DNA from: Phoronis australis
Taxonomy: Eukaryota; Animalia; Phoronida
Reading direction: 5' to 3'
Length of the DNA: 64,000 nt
NCBI GenBank assembly: GCA_002633005.1
Contig: NMRA01000018.1
Span: forward strand, 1,711,290 to 1,775,289
Each line of letters begins with the position of its first letter. Within the stretch, counting starts at the first letter, position 1. The position numbers and the translations under genes are program-made. The notes beneath the pieces are model-generated. The model made no database searches, had not been told where the DNA came from, and was given only the letters and a program-made list of their open reading frames with translations. Positions 1-12,174 of the stretch are shown one piece after another.

Positions 1-79
1 GAAGTCCGTACATGTAACTGCTAAAATCATTCTGTTGGTATAATTGTATACAAACAATTTGCCTTTCTTTTTGCTTTAG

Positions 80-3000
80 GAAACACAAATCGGAGACTCG
101 ATCAAAGAATCCATTATCAAAGGTCAAATCATGGCTGGACTCCAACCGCACAAAGCCAAGTGTTTGTAAGTTTCATTAGTTTTTTCCTGTCTATGATGCT
201 GATATTAACTAATTGCAAGCATTATGATGACTTATAAGCAGTGTTCGAACTTCAGCAAATAAATGTGCTGGCCTGCCAGGCCAGTTAGTCTGAAAATTTA
301 CTGGCCCAGATGCCAAGTTAACTTTTAAAGTTACTGGTGCGGCCGCAAATCCACTGGCCCCTGGACACCGGGCCAGTGTCTACTTCGAACCCTGTTTATA
401 AGTGCAAGTTTCATATTCACCTCTTTGGATGATCAAAGCATTTGGCGAGCTCGTTTTCATTTGACGACCATGTTGTGTGAGTTTGAGATTGCAGTGAAGA
501 GTGTTACAGTAGTTCTCAATGTTCCCATTTTGAGACCTCTTACAAGCATTGTGTTGTCATGTTATGTGTTGTCATGAGTAACATGACACAATCAACAATT
601 GAGTATGGCTTTTCAAAATTTGAACATGGTAGTGAAAATTGAACGGAAGGTTCCAAACTTTACTTGATGTCACCCAACGCTTTTCAGACATTTCTATCAT
701 ATGATGCACACCCTTGTGGCAGTTTTATTACTAATAGTTTGATGTCGAGTTTTTACCGTCTACCAGTGTGTCATTCAATTGGTTCGAAGGATCGTCATGA
801 AATTTTACGGAAGTGATCATATTGATGAAAATATGGTGCACATTGGGTTTTTGGATGGACCCTCATACGGCTATGCACCTCCCTCGATATCTTTCAGTTT
901 CCGTGAATGATCGTCATCGAATTTGAAGGATGCATTCCTATATCGAGAGCAAAGCTTACCTTGATTATTGGACAAATCCAAATACCACTATGCCTTCTGG
1001 TGGATATATTACCAGCATAGCTAACGTTGATTTTCTGATAGACCCGAAAAGTGCAATGGCCCTTGTGGCAGTTTTATTTTTTGCCAAGTTTTCTGAAGGG
1101 TCGTCATTAAATTTGATGGACAATTTTCCATTGATGAAAGTGGTGCTTATTTTATCAGATGGATCGGAATGCCACAGTGCCCCAAGTTTTTATTTCTTAG
1201 GTGTGCTTCGATATATACAAAGCTCTTTAAAATCTTATACTGGACCTTGGTTAGTGTTTGTTCTTACGAAGGCAGGGCTTACGTTGACCTTGGACGAATA
1301 TGACCACTACTGTGCCCTCTGGTGGTCATTTTAGCTTTCTTTGCGGTAGTCATCTACCAGGAGTGTGTTAGCTAATTTTCGTATAACTATAACTAGACTT
1401 TGTAGCTCTGGCTAAGTAAATAATAGTGAACTATTTTGAAAGTTGTGCTCAATAAGTAAGGCTAGATCCGTGTATCTTTCCAGCTCATACTTCGATAACT
1501 CAAGTCATGCCTGACTTGACCTGTGACCTGACCTCGTTTAAAATTCCTAAGAAACAGAATATACCGGACGTTGCCACAACTTCTCGTGATGTGCGTTTGC
1601 CGGCTGCTCCCCTAAACATGGATGTGTCTGTGCCCGTCTCTTGCGAGTTCCCGTGTTATGAAGACAGGGCTACGTGCCTGCAGCCCTCAGATCATGACAG
1701 CGTGATATTAAGCTCCGATGGTGAGCCCAGTCGAGGACTCGAGGTCCAATGTTCTGTACAAAGTAATGCAGAGAAATCAGATCTGAATGTAAAATCCAGT
1801 TGTAGCCATTCTCAAAGCGTGCAGGCAGTAGGTGCCTCCGATGGAAGTTCGACTTTCTGTCGCACTGATTGTCAGTATTCACGTGAGCACCGTGTTGATC
1901 ATCATACCTACACAGCAGCCTCCAGTGCTTTCTCCGCTGGCGCATCTGATTGTGGCATCAAGTCACATGACATTACGTCATTCAGCACTCCCAGTGTTAC
2001 CTGCCAAGAGCAGAACTTGAACGAAGCAGGTGCCTCCCCCTGCAGGCCTGAGTCGTCATTACCGACAAGCCTGACTTCGACAAAAGTGAGAGCCCTGAAA
2101 TTTCTGACAGGGATCAGTAAAAAGTATGTATGTGCTTTCAAAAATGTTAAAGGTTATTTAGGATCTGGCAATATATCTAGAAAACTACCCACTACTCAGT
2201 AATTGGGTCGCATGACCATGTCTGTTGTTGAGTAAAATTTTACTAAAAGAAAGGTACATTGTTAACAACACAGTGACATTAATAGTTTGATCAAATTTTA
2301 TTTGAGGAAAATGTTCAAGGTGGTATCTAAGACGTTGCAATTTTCTAAAATATTAAACTTTTTTCGTGAAAATCATAGTGTTATTTTTTGATAGCTTCTC
2401 ATGCTAAATTGGAACATTTTAAAAACAATTCCTTGCTGCATGAAACTTCTTGACGCATCTGGCAAGGCTTGGAATTTTCCGCGGAAACGCGGATTTCCAC
2501 TTTTTTCAAATGTTCTGTCAGGGCATTTTATTATATTTTCGCGTAAAAAAATTGGATTTGATATAAAATTTCCGCGGCAAATTCCTTTCTTACCGTGGCG
2601 TTGCCGACGACGTTCACCTCGAAAAGCGGAAGTTGCTCTTAATGTTTCGGAGGAGCGTAAGTTGTCAACATTGCCGGGGCATCTGGGATAGCGTGGTGGG
2701 ATTTTCAATGGCGTCTCGTGTGATTGTAAACCGCAGTGACAAATACTACGGCTCTGCAGCCAAAAATGTGTTGGGGTGGGAGTGGACGGTCGAGCGAAAA
2801 AGACGCAGACGCATGGTGGTAACGTTTTTTTTAGTCCTCCCGATTTTTGTCTGCGGAAGGCCTCACATCGACTATTCAAGGCTGGGTAGCGGGCATGTTT
2901 TGGGCCGTAAAAGTTTCGCGTTTTTTGTCATTGGTCATTCCAAGCCCTGATCTGAAAGTTTCATCCGAATCCGAGCAGTCATTTCTGTGATATGATGCTC

Positions 3001-6000
3001 CAAAGTTTGCCAAATTAGAGCATTTTTAGGATCCTACATATACACCTTAAGTAAATGCAAAATAAACAGTTATATGTGTCTCATTTCTGCTACCAAGTTT
3101 TTGCCACTGAATTGGATTAAATCTAATGATTTGTCACGTCTGTCCATTAAGTTTTTACATCAAATTTTCATGTTCTACTTTCATTGATTGTTTTTCTTGC
3201 GTTAGTAACCAGTTGCTCTTGTTCTACAGGTACAACTTCTATGCGGACGATTTTCTTGATGATCCTGATATTGGACCACGTGACCCCATGTTGTTTGATG
3301 GGCACCAGTTTACCTTTGGGAATGGCCTGGCTGATGTTAGTGTGTTCGTTGAGTGTGATCTCTCAGAGGTTACAAACCAGCCATTAGATGTCTTTGATTG
3401 TGCATTGACGGTTCTTCACAGGTATTAGGTTGTTTAGGAATCTTTATTTTGCTGTCATCGTTGATTTTGACACTATGACAAAACCATACATATTTGTTTT
3501 CGTATTATTTAACTGTTTCCATTTTTGGTTACTGAGGCAAGAATAGACAGTGCTATTTTGTGGAGTTTTAGAGTGGTTTTTAAATTTCAGAAAGTTGTGA
3601 GTTACGGTTGTTTTCCACTGAAGTTTATTTAAAGCTTAACTTCAACGGAATTTTGTTATTTTAGATGTATTGGTCTAACCAGATAGTCCTAGAGAAGCTT
3701 TAGTAAAATACGAAAACGCAAGTTCAATCACGTAAATGTAAGCCCGTCAAATGGCACGTGAAGCTGCCATTTCGTGCCATGTTGTGCCATGTTGTGTCAC
3801 CGCGAGATCCCAAATTTACAGATGCTACCGTTGATGACAGGCTTTAAGCTAGTGCTTGCTAACGGCATTTTTTCATTTTGCAGACAGTTTGATTCAGATG
3901 ATGAGGAAGATACAGAGCCAAAGGTTTTACTGAATTCCGTCTGTCATGAGTCGTTGCATTTTGAGCATTACAAGTCTGTACACAAACCTTATGGAATATT
4001 CTCTGGTTCTCTGGTTGCTAGTCTTGATCAGGGCTTGGCTTTGCGTGGCGATGAGCTGAGAAAGGTCGAAAGTATTTCTGCTGAGTCATGCTTTTCAGAA
4101 GCTCCCTTGAGGTGTTTATCATTGCTACCTGATCCAGTGTTGGGCTCACCCATAACAAAAGGGGACTCAGATATGGATATTTCGCCTGTGCATGAATCAC
4201 CCTCGCCATCCAGTACTATGCATCCACTGGTGGATAATTCTATCGTCGCGGATGTTCATGATGCAGAAAAAAGGAGCGAGAGCTCAGGTTACTGTGAGGA
4301 GTCTAGCTCATCGAAACATGCATCGCAGGAAAGTGACGTCGGTAGTTCTCAGAAATCCGTATCTTTACTCAGTGATGACGGCGGAAGCCTGCAATCTGCC
4401 AGCACTGTTGCCAGTTTGTCAAGCATACCATTTGGAGATAAGTGGAAAGAAAAATTGGAAAATGATTTAAAAACCTTCTGTGCAGAAAACCCATGTCAGA
4501 GCGTGGCTAACTCAGAATTTAGTAAGGATTGCCCCATGTTTAACCCTGTGAGTATGACAGCGACATCTTGTGTTAATGATACAGAACTACCTAGTCAGCC
4601 AGAAGGTGTCACTGTGTGTTCAATGTCAAGCAGTCGACCAGTGCCTGAGCAGCCATCTAAAACCTGTAGCGTGCTGGAAAAGTTCCACCAGAATACATGG
4701 CTGCCCAGTGCAAAGACTGCTGAGCTTGTGGTAAATTTCATTTTTTTTATTTTAATCTGCTACAGTTCATGTCAAAAATATTTAGACAAAATGACCCACA
4801 ATTCCCTGTCATGATGGATGAACGCAAGTAGAATTGTCCATTATGATTGCTCCAGTGTAATTCAATACAGTCAAAAATAGCTGTCATGTTACTTTATGTC
4901 CCATACAAATGTGGATGAGCCGTGTGTTCATTTACACGTTCACGGGTAGTAAACAAGGACTATGGGATATTTTTCTTCCAAAGCAGTGCCACCTTCAGCT
5001 ATATGTCTACCATATGAAGAGTAAACTTCAAATTACCATTACATGCTGCATGGTTAGCTAAGATACACTAGTCAGTAAACAATTCATTATCAGCTACCAG
5101 CCTTACATGGTAATTTGTTCATTCATTCTTGCTTGGTTGACTCATATCGACAAATCAATGGTCTTGGATCCGCATGCTTCAGTTTTTGCAATCTGTAAAA
5201 CTTTTGTCTAGACCTTCAATTAGATTTAAGAGATTCAGTCATTGACTGAATGTGCCACACCACAAGACAAGTGAGTCGAGTAAATCTAATCGCATGAAAC
5301 TTAAGACACATTCTTCCAAATACCGTTTTAAAGTTGCACTTCATCCTGTTTAGTAACTGGTCTATTACTCTTAAAGTTAAATCTGGCTTAAAAGTTTATT
5401 TGTCGGTTGTGCTTGATTTATGTTACCAAGAAGACCATCGTGAGAATCGTGTTGGATAATCGTATATTATTGGGGATGGTCAACCTTGAAATTCCAAATT
5501 GGCATGCTGAAAATTCCACTCGAAAATAGGTCAGTCATGTGACGAGTACATCATAGATCAACTGTTGTTTTTGGCATTTTGGTTAATAACTCAAAATATG
5601 TTTAAATTATCTGACATCTGTTTGGGGCAAAATTAGCTTTAAAATTAACAATTCTGTTTCTTTCCAAACTCATATTTATAAGAGGACAATGTGTTTTTAC
5701 AATATGTAGTGATTTCGATTTAATTTTGGAAAGAAAGAAAACTGAATGTGAGATATTTCAATTTGCGCTTATCCATAAAGCAAAACTGGTTTTCATTGTA
5801 CTAGTTGGCTTAGCTTCTCATTCTATATTATTCCCAGAAGCGCCCTACCCTGCACAAGGGGCCTCCAACCAAACAGAGTCGTCAGTATCATCCCTACAGG
5901 AGACCAGTTACGTCACTTCCTGATCCAAACAAATATGTTGTAGCAAGGTAAGTCTCATTGTCTGTTGTCCTAGCTTTGCCCGTGGTGCAGGGATATACTT

Positions 6001-9000
6001 AGCCACTCGCCCAGTCGCCAGTGCGAGTAACAATGGTGCCGGGTGAGTAGAAATTCTCCTTCCGGTTGCCCAGGTGGCGAGCGAATTTTCAGAGCGCAAA
6101 AGCACTCTTTATCGTTTCCCAGGTGAACATGAATAAAATTTCTCCTTGAGCTGTTTTTATCATGAAAACAAAGGTTCAATTTGGTCAGTGTGTTGATGCT
6201 CTGGCAGTAAAAAACATCGGCGCAGTGCGCTCCTGCAGATTCAATAGATGTCACCCCTTACGCGATTTGTCTAGACAAGAGATCACAGTGGTTGGTCGTG
6301 CACAAAGGAACTTGTGGACTAGTCCGAAACGAAGAAAAAGGGGGGAAGGTAGAAGACCGGTCCATGTGCTCACAGCAAGTGAAATTGGGAATCTAAAAAA
6401 CGGGCTGGGCGGTTAAAATCAAAAGTTTTGAAAAGTGTTGACTTTTTGCTTACTGCACGGAGGACTGAGTTTACCCTCACAGAGCTACACTGACGTCAGA
6501 CTTCAAGCATATCAGTTTAAAGATAGGTTGGGGGATTAAAGTAACGGACTTCTGACGACCTGTAGTGCACGATACAGTGGCGTCGTGATCCGGCGCGTGA
6601 TTGAGTTTTTACGTAGGCCTACCTCGGTGGCTGTCCATTTCTTAGAACTAAGGTATTCCTGCAGGTAGGCGTACGTTCAGTAGGACAAGTTTCTTGAGAG
6701 AAAAGACAGATCAAGCAAGATTCTGCTAGTTTGCAGTGTATTTCTAACGGAAGCACTTGATTTTGTAAAAGATTTGCTTCTTGCTGGACACTTAGGCAAT
6801 CAAACATGTGCTAATGATTGACAGGTCTTCTTACTAAATACTTTGAACTCTAGTTAGGTAACCAAACCCGTGCTAATGATTGACAGATTTTCTAAATGAA
6901 TACTTTGAACTAAGTTTGAACAATGTAACATTTTAAAAACATTGTATATTTCTTTTTTAGTTTAATCCAAAACCGCGCTTTTTCAAAGCACGTGCTCAAC
7001 AATCGGAGGGTATTACTATTATGCATAGGGGTGCTCGGTCGGCTGCCTAAATAATGAAGCAAACAAACATAATGTAAAAAGTCATCAGGCAAATCAGAAG
7101 TTCAAAGAATAAGTTTTTGACCACGTGGATGTGAACAGAATGTTTGACTTGTGCTTAATGACAAGTTGATTTCTTGCGCTGTTGCTTTTGGTTGGGCGCT
7201 TCCATTTTGGTGTCATGAGTGAGGAAGAGCGCAGTTTTTAATAAAACTACTTATGTGTCAGATTTTATCTGGTCAGTCTTTTACCCCCATCGGTGCCGTA
7301 GGTGTAGCCTGTATTACCACATTGCATGTAGCTTTGCGCCAAGGCAACATCTTGCGTTGTTGGGAATTCATCGATGTCAAAAGTTTCTTAGTAGGAATTC
7401 ATTTTCTAAAAACGATAGTAGTCCTAGTAGATGGTGACATGAGCACACGAAATGATGGTTTTTATTGACATTGGCAGCAAGTGACACAAATGGCTGGGCG
7501 AGTAGATTTTCTGGCTCACTCGCCCAGCTTGCGAGCGGGTTTTGAAATCTAGGTATATCCCTGTGGTGTTAGCAACTGCTTTTCTTTTTCAGTTAGTTTG
7601 TCTATTTCCATACCTTGTTAATGAGTTGTAAAATGGCATTAAGTGCTCTTAACATTTGGTATTATTACCATAAACTGGGAGGTAAGTGAAGACGTCTGAT
7701 TATACAATACTCAATTGTAAGTATTCATTAGACAAATATATGAGATGCTTTTTCCGAGACTAACAGACAGATTACCAATAGCTAGCGCCATCTATCGATT
7801 CAAGTGACCAACACTGCACTGATAATTTTACTCACATAAAAGAACTCTTGTAGACTACAGGCTGATAGTTTGCTGTTTATGACTCTTTGTGGAAAGTCTA
7901 CTGTGTTGGGCAGTTTTCCTAATTCAAACTATTTAATTGGCAGTAGTTCACAAATGTATCCAATTCATTTAGAAATTATGTAAAGTTTTGTTTTGAATAT
8001 CGCACGGAAGTGTAAAAATCGCCCTTGTTCTAATGTCTGGGTTACAGTAGGCTGTTGTATATGTCAATACTGTCCTTGCGCTACAGAGATCTGAATGACC
8101 TGATGCAGAACATGACATCATGTGTGTACGCTAGTGTAGTGAAGAATCCCCATATTGCGCATCAGCTGCTGAAAATAACGAAGCATCCTGGGACTGGACG
8201 GTTCAGTGGCTACACATTCTCTAGGACTCCTCTTAAGGACAATAGGTTTGTTGTGTTGTTAGTTATACTTTGAGCATGTGCACTTGACATTACTTTTTTG
8301 TTCTACCATATTGGCTTGATTAAGTACTTGGGTGGTTTACTTGTTAATGATCTTTAGACCCCAATGGTTATACACAACCCGACGCTTTTACCAGGCAATT
8401 GTACTTGGTTAAATGACTATAAAATTTTGGTAACGTTGTTGTTATTTTGAAATTTGAATAATATCAGAAATTTAGCATTTACGCGTACAAGGCTTGTGTT
8501 GCATTTGTCTTTCGATGTCATCTTACGACCGCTGTCTTGTTCCATCAATGAATATGTCCTATATATGTCAATGTCCTCTTCAGGCCCATGTGTGCTGATG
8601 AACTAGAGGACCATCCTGTCTCAGTTGACCAGATTCCTAACTTTGAGGAGCGAAGGCAACGGGCCATGCTCATTGACGAGTCTAAATTACCTACAGCTGA
8701 TCTGGACACGTCGGAGCAGTTGGAAAGATCATTGTATGAGAAATCTTCACAACCGTCAGAAGAAAAAGAGGTGAATGGTTCGATAAGAATAAGTTTTTTT
8801 CATAATTCGTGATGATGTTAACATTTCATGCACGATGAACTGTTTGTAGTTGACGACTCGGATGTTCCACTCTCATATAAGGGACATTTCCCCGAGTGAA
8901 TTACCCGCGCTTTTCTGACCTAAAATGGGGTCATGTACCCGGGGTAGCTGTAGATCTTGGTCTCCCTTCATGGTGGGCTGTCTGTTCCTGGTATATAGGA

Positions 9001-10020
9001 CTTCTTTAACCTTTTGAGATATCCAATGTTCCACTCTGCCGGGAACTTGGGCATTGTCCCTGTCTACAGTGTGGCCAGTATCGATGGTGTGTCCACCAAT
9101 GCCAGTGGGTTTGTCCAACTTGGAGTGTTCCTTAATTTTAGTCAACAGAGAGCGTTTAGTTTCTCCTGTGTAGGTGTGGGAAGGTTCGTCTTTGCAAGAG
9201 AGCTGGTATATCACGCATCACTTCTTGTCGTTGGCAGTGGGATCCTTCGGGTGAACCAGTTTCTCCCAGATGGTGTTAATGAGCTTATAGTACCCCATGG
9301 GATCTATATGTGGGTGCAAGCTGTTACGCTACAAACAGTTCGTAGTAAGTGAAATTTTTACCTGATCAAGTGAATGGTTGTCATATATTTGCAAACGCAA
9401 TGATAACAATGTTGGGTGGTTATTAATCAAATACTTAGGTGTCGCTACCCCAGTGTACTTGGGTGCGGCTACCCTAGGGTGCCTGGGTGCGGCTACCCTA
9501 GGGTGCCTGAGTGCGGCTATCCTAGGGTGCCTGAGTGCGGCTACCCTAGGGTGCCTGGGTGCGGCTACCCTAGGGTGCCTGGGTGCGGCTACCCTAGGGT
9601 GCTTGGGTGCGGCTACCCTAGGGTGCCTGGGTGCGGCTACCCTAGTGTACTTGCAGCTATTCTGTCATCAATATAACTGAGCACTTCCTGTGAGAAAGTA
9701 GTGTTTTCATGGCAAACTGAAAAGAACCTGCGCTGCTCATGCAGAGAACAAAGCCTCTACTGTTACTGCACTAATGGTGCATGGCTTCCTGTGTCTCATC
9801 CCATTTTCATTCCTAATTCTGTTTTCCAATCAAATTTCTTGAATTATATCCGCAGCATTTGGAAACCTGTTTTCAGAAAGTTGTAAAAATATTAGATAGG
9901 CCACAACCTACTTGTTTTCAAAATGTTTTGTTACAGAAATGTAACATGTGTGGACAGAATTTAGATAGAAATTTACAAGACATCAATGCGTCGAATTCTG
10001 TAGTCTCAGTGGGTGAATAG
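80..10020 (+). CDS. Unidentified Ser-rich, largely low-complexity protein; 3' portion (about 767 codons in window, 5' end upstream)
   Basis: Phase-consistent GT-AG exon chain: 80-165, 1484-2123, 3230-3421, 3884-4730, 5838-5947, 8087-8245, 8584-8770, 9937-10020 (TAG). It joins ORFs 1507, 3126, 3774, 8055 and 8588 into one frame. Exon 5838-5947 (KRPTLHKGPPTKQSRQYHPYRRP) is not in the ORF track but is needed to fix the phase. Family not recognised. Confidence 0.8.
239..394. mobile_element. hAT-type MITE, 156 bp
   Basis: TIRs CAGTGTTCGAA / TTCGAACCCTG; 8-bp TSD CTTATAAG (231-238) / TTTATAAG (395-402); repeated internal ACTGGCC/GGCCAGT motifs. Confidence 0.75.
2463..2949 (-). mobile_element. Non-autonomous DNA transposon, CAGGGCTTGGAAT-TIR family, CpG-rich copy
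   Basis: Ends CAAGGCTTGGAAT ... ATTCCAAGCCCTG; flanks ATCTGG / ATCTGA; terminal sequences match the copies at 45794, 50570 and 54134. Confidence 0.7.
5988..7563. mobile_element. 1.58-kb non-autonomous TIR transposon with hAT-like termini and a 5-bp TSD
   Basis: TIR CAGGGATATACTTAG / CTAGGTATATCCCTG (14/15); TGGTG on both flanks (5983-5987, 7564-7568); subterminal CACTCGCCCA/GCGAG motifs at both ends; no transposase ORF. Confidence 0.8.
8823..9355 (-). mobile_element. Penelope-like retroelement remnant (GIY-YIG endonuclease region), pseudogenised
   Basis: Minus-strand frame reads NTIWEKLVHPKDPTANDKK*CVIYQLSC...YTGETKRSL...IKEH...GH...KVKEVLY...PT...LPRVHDPIL, the typical PLE C-terminal GIY-YIG signature, with an in-frame TGA. 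It is bounded by 27-bp inverted repeats. Confidence 0.85.
9432..9653. repeat. 24-bp minisatellite, about 9 copies
   Basis: Unit TGCCTGGGTGCGGCTACCCTAGGG; the array repeatedly spells the palindrome ACCCTAGGGT; it explains ORFs 9378 and 9416. Confidence 0.95.
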
Positions 10021-10364
10021 GCTTAGTTCTGGTTTACAGCCTGGTGCAAAATAGATTCTTGTCAAGGAAATGCCAGGTATTTGGCTACACTTTCATGCAT
10101 TGAAACTTTGGCAAACTTTGCTGTTATGCTGTTGAAAAGTCCTGTGTCTTCATGGTGGTGATTCAACTCTAATTGTAGGAGTGTAAGGTAGACATCAATA
10201 TGGTCACCATGACGACATCTGATACAGGGTGTGTCAACAACACCAACTCATTCAGTGACGCTGACAGTCTGTTAAGATGCTGAAGGACGTGCCAGCTTCC
10301 TGGACATATTTCTCATTATTTGGTTTGCTGTTTGAACTTGAAAATTACTATTAATTGTAGAACT

Positions 10365-10590
10365 TGGTCCTGTTCCAAGAAACTTACTTATTAAGTTTTT
10401 TTGGTTTATGTGTCTAAATTTCCAAACTTTGAAACTTCTGCATCTGGTAAGATAGTCAAAATTAATACAAAACTTTAGTCAAAATCTTAAGTCAAAAAAC
10501 TTAACATCTCGTTCTTGAAACGGACTTGAGACAAATGACTGAAATTAAAGATTTGTCATAGTTAAGTCAATTTTCTTGGAACAGGTCCCA
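10365..10590. mobile_element. MITE in the presumed 3' UTR of gene 1
   Basis: TIRs GGTCCTGTTCCAAGAAA / TTTCTTGGAACAGGTCC; internal CTTAAG/ACTTAA motifs. Confidence 0.65.
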
Positions 10591-11838
10591 TGTTTACATC
10601 TTTCTGAAAGACTACCTGTAAGATCAGGTAATTGGCAATTTTATCCTAGAAGAAACTTTGTTTCCAGAACAACTTGCAAAATTGCACCTGGCGGAAATTT
10701 TGAGAACAGTGTGGTGGCAACATACATCCATGAAACATATTTCTGTTCAAGATCCCATTTACTGCGTTTATATGGATTGGCAACTTATATCTAAGAGAAA
10801 TTGATCTGGAACAGAATGTACCATTGTTTCATTTCATTAATCTGTTGTGCAGTGTCAAGTCGCGTATAGCATAACTAGTGTTCAGTTTCAGTGTAATGTT
10901 ATTGGGCTATTTATCGTCGTAGTTGGGACCAGATAGCTTTTGTCTCCACTTACTGTTGGCAATATTTTTAGTTTTATTTCATGCAGACAAAGATTTTCAG
11001 AAAGGCTGATGTCAGTATTTTGCATTTCTGTACACCGCAGACATAACTTAACCCTAGTCACTGCATATATATTTTGAACTTTGCTGTTGAATCTTGGTCT
11101 TTGCTTTTAGATTTTTCATCGATTTTATTTATCATATGATACTTTTGTGTTCTGTAGATAAGTGTTTGTATTTTGTAATTATCTAGATGGCCTCAGGAGT
11201 TACGGCGTAGAAATATATTACAGTTTAGTGTTGCAATCTCAACTCTCGACTTTGGATAAAGTTATGAATATGTTTTGAAAACTAATTTGATCAATTAACA
11301 GTTGCAAGTTTTTCACTAACATTACGATAAGTTGTGAAGGTCAGTTTTTATTGCTGAAAATACACTGTAAGAGCTTCCTGCTAGGTCTCTGTCGTCACTT
11401 GTGGTTTCCATATTAGTGAAAATGATTACTTTTTCCTGTGTGGTTATTATTCTTATTCTTATTAATATATTTTCTTACCTTGTTGTTTTGTACTGATGTC
11501 GTCTGCGACTTTTATTTCATAAAGGCTGTTCAGAAATGAAACTAATAGTGAACCTGGCATTTTGTGGAGATGTGATTGGAAAGTTGTGTTCAAAATTGTG
11601 TCTTAGAAATTTGTCTGTGTTGTATGTAGATAAGTAGAAGCTGGTAATTGGGTTGAGATTGTTTCGTTCATTTTATACACTTTATTTTCTCCTCATTATA
11701 GAAATATGTCAATTTTACCTGTACAGATTGTAGTAACTTGAACACTGTTAGTAATACAGATTTATAGCATGAACTACTTATAATTCAAATCAATGAAGTC
11801 AAAACTTATTCGCAAATGTTACAATGTATGACCGTTAA

Positions 11839-12174
11839 AAGGATACCAAAGTCTGTTTTGTTGATTTCAACCAATTGTCGTTCTGTCATCATTGGCGTCA
11901 ACCTTCCAAGTTAAGACAGGAATCAGCTTAAAACTCATACTCCCTATGTCACAGATTGGACATTTTTTAGCCAATGGTGGGAGGTATTTTTCCACAGTTT
12001 CCATGCAGTTTACTAAAAGCCTTTAGCAGACTTTGAAAGGAGTTTTCAAATTTTCTGGAAACGTCTGAGGGTTGTCGATGGTTACAGAGCATTATTTTGT
12101 TATAGAGAACTGGATGGGGAAAGTCATTTTCGGTATCTGTTCGTTAATAGGGCAAAACCAGGCTTGGTATCCTT
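11839..12174. mobile_element. TTAA-target MITE (Kolobok-like termini)
   Basis: TTAA-AAGGATACCAAAGTCTGTTTTG ... CAAAACCAGGCTTGGTATCCTT-TTAA. Confidence 0.7.

Noticed and set aside
930-1334. 134-aa ORF as a nested gene
   Set aside because: It is intronic, overlaps degenerate repeats and has no recognisable domain; the flanking exons join in phase without it
2373-2950. Overlapping ORFs on both strands
   Set aside because: They fall inside a GC-rich MITE and have no transposase motifs
8820-8900. Hammerhead ribozyme in the Penelope terminus and at other CTGATGA sites (17840, 46057, 58471)
   Set aside because: I could not build the CUGANGA, GAAA and stem arrangement by eye
9432-9653. Palindromic direct repeats resembling a CRISPR array; ORFs 9378 and 9416 with periodic peptides
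   Set aside because: There are no unique spacers and no cas genes, and the context is a eukaryotic intron. The ORFs are translations of the minisatellite.
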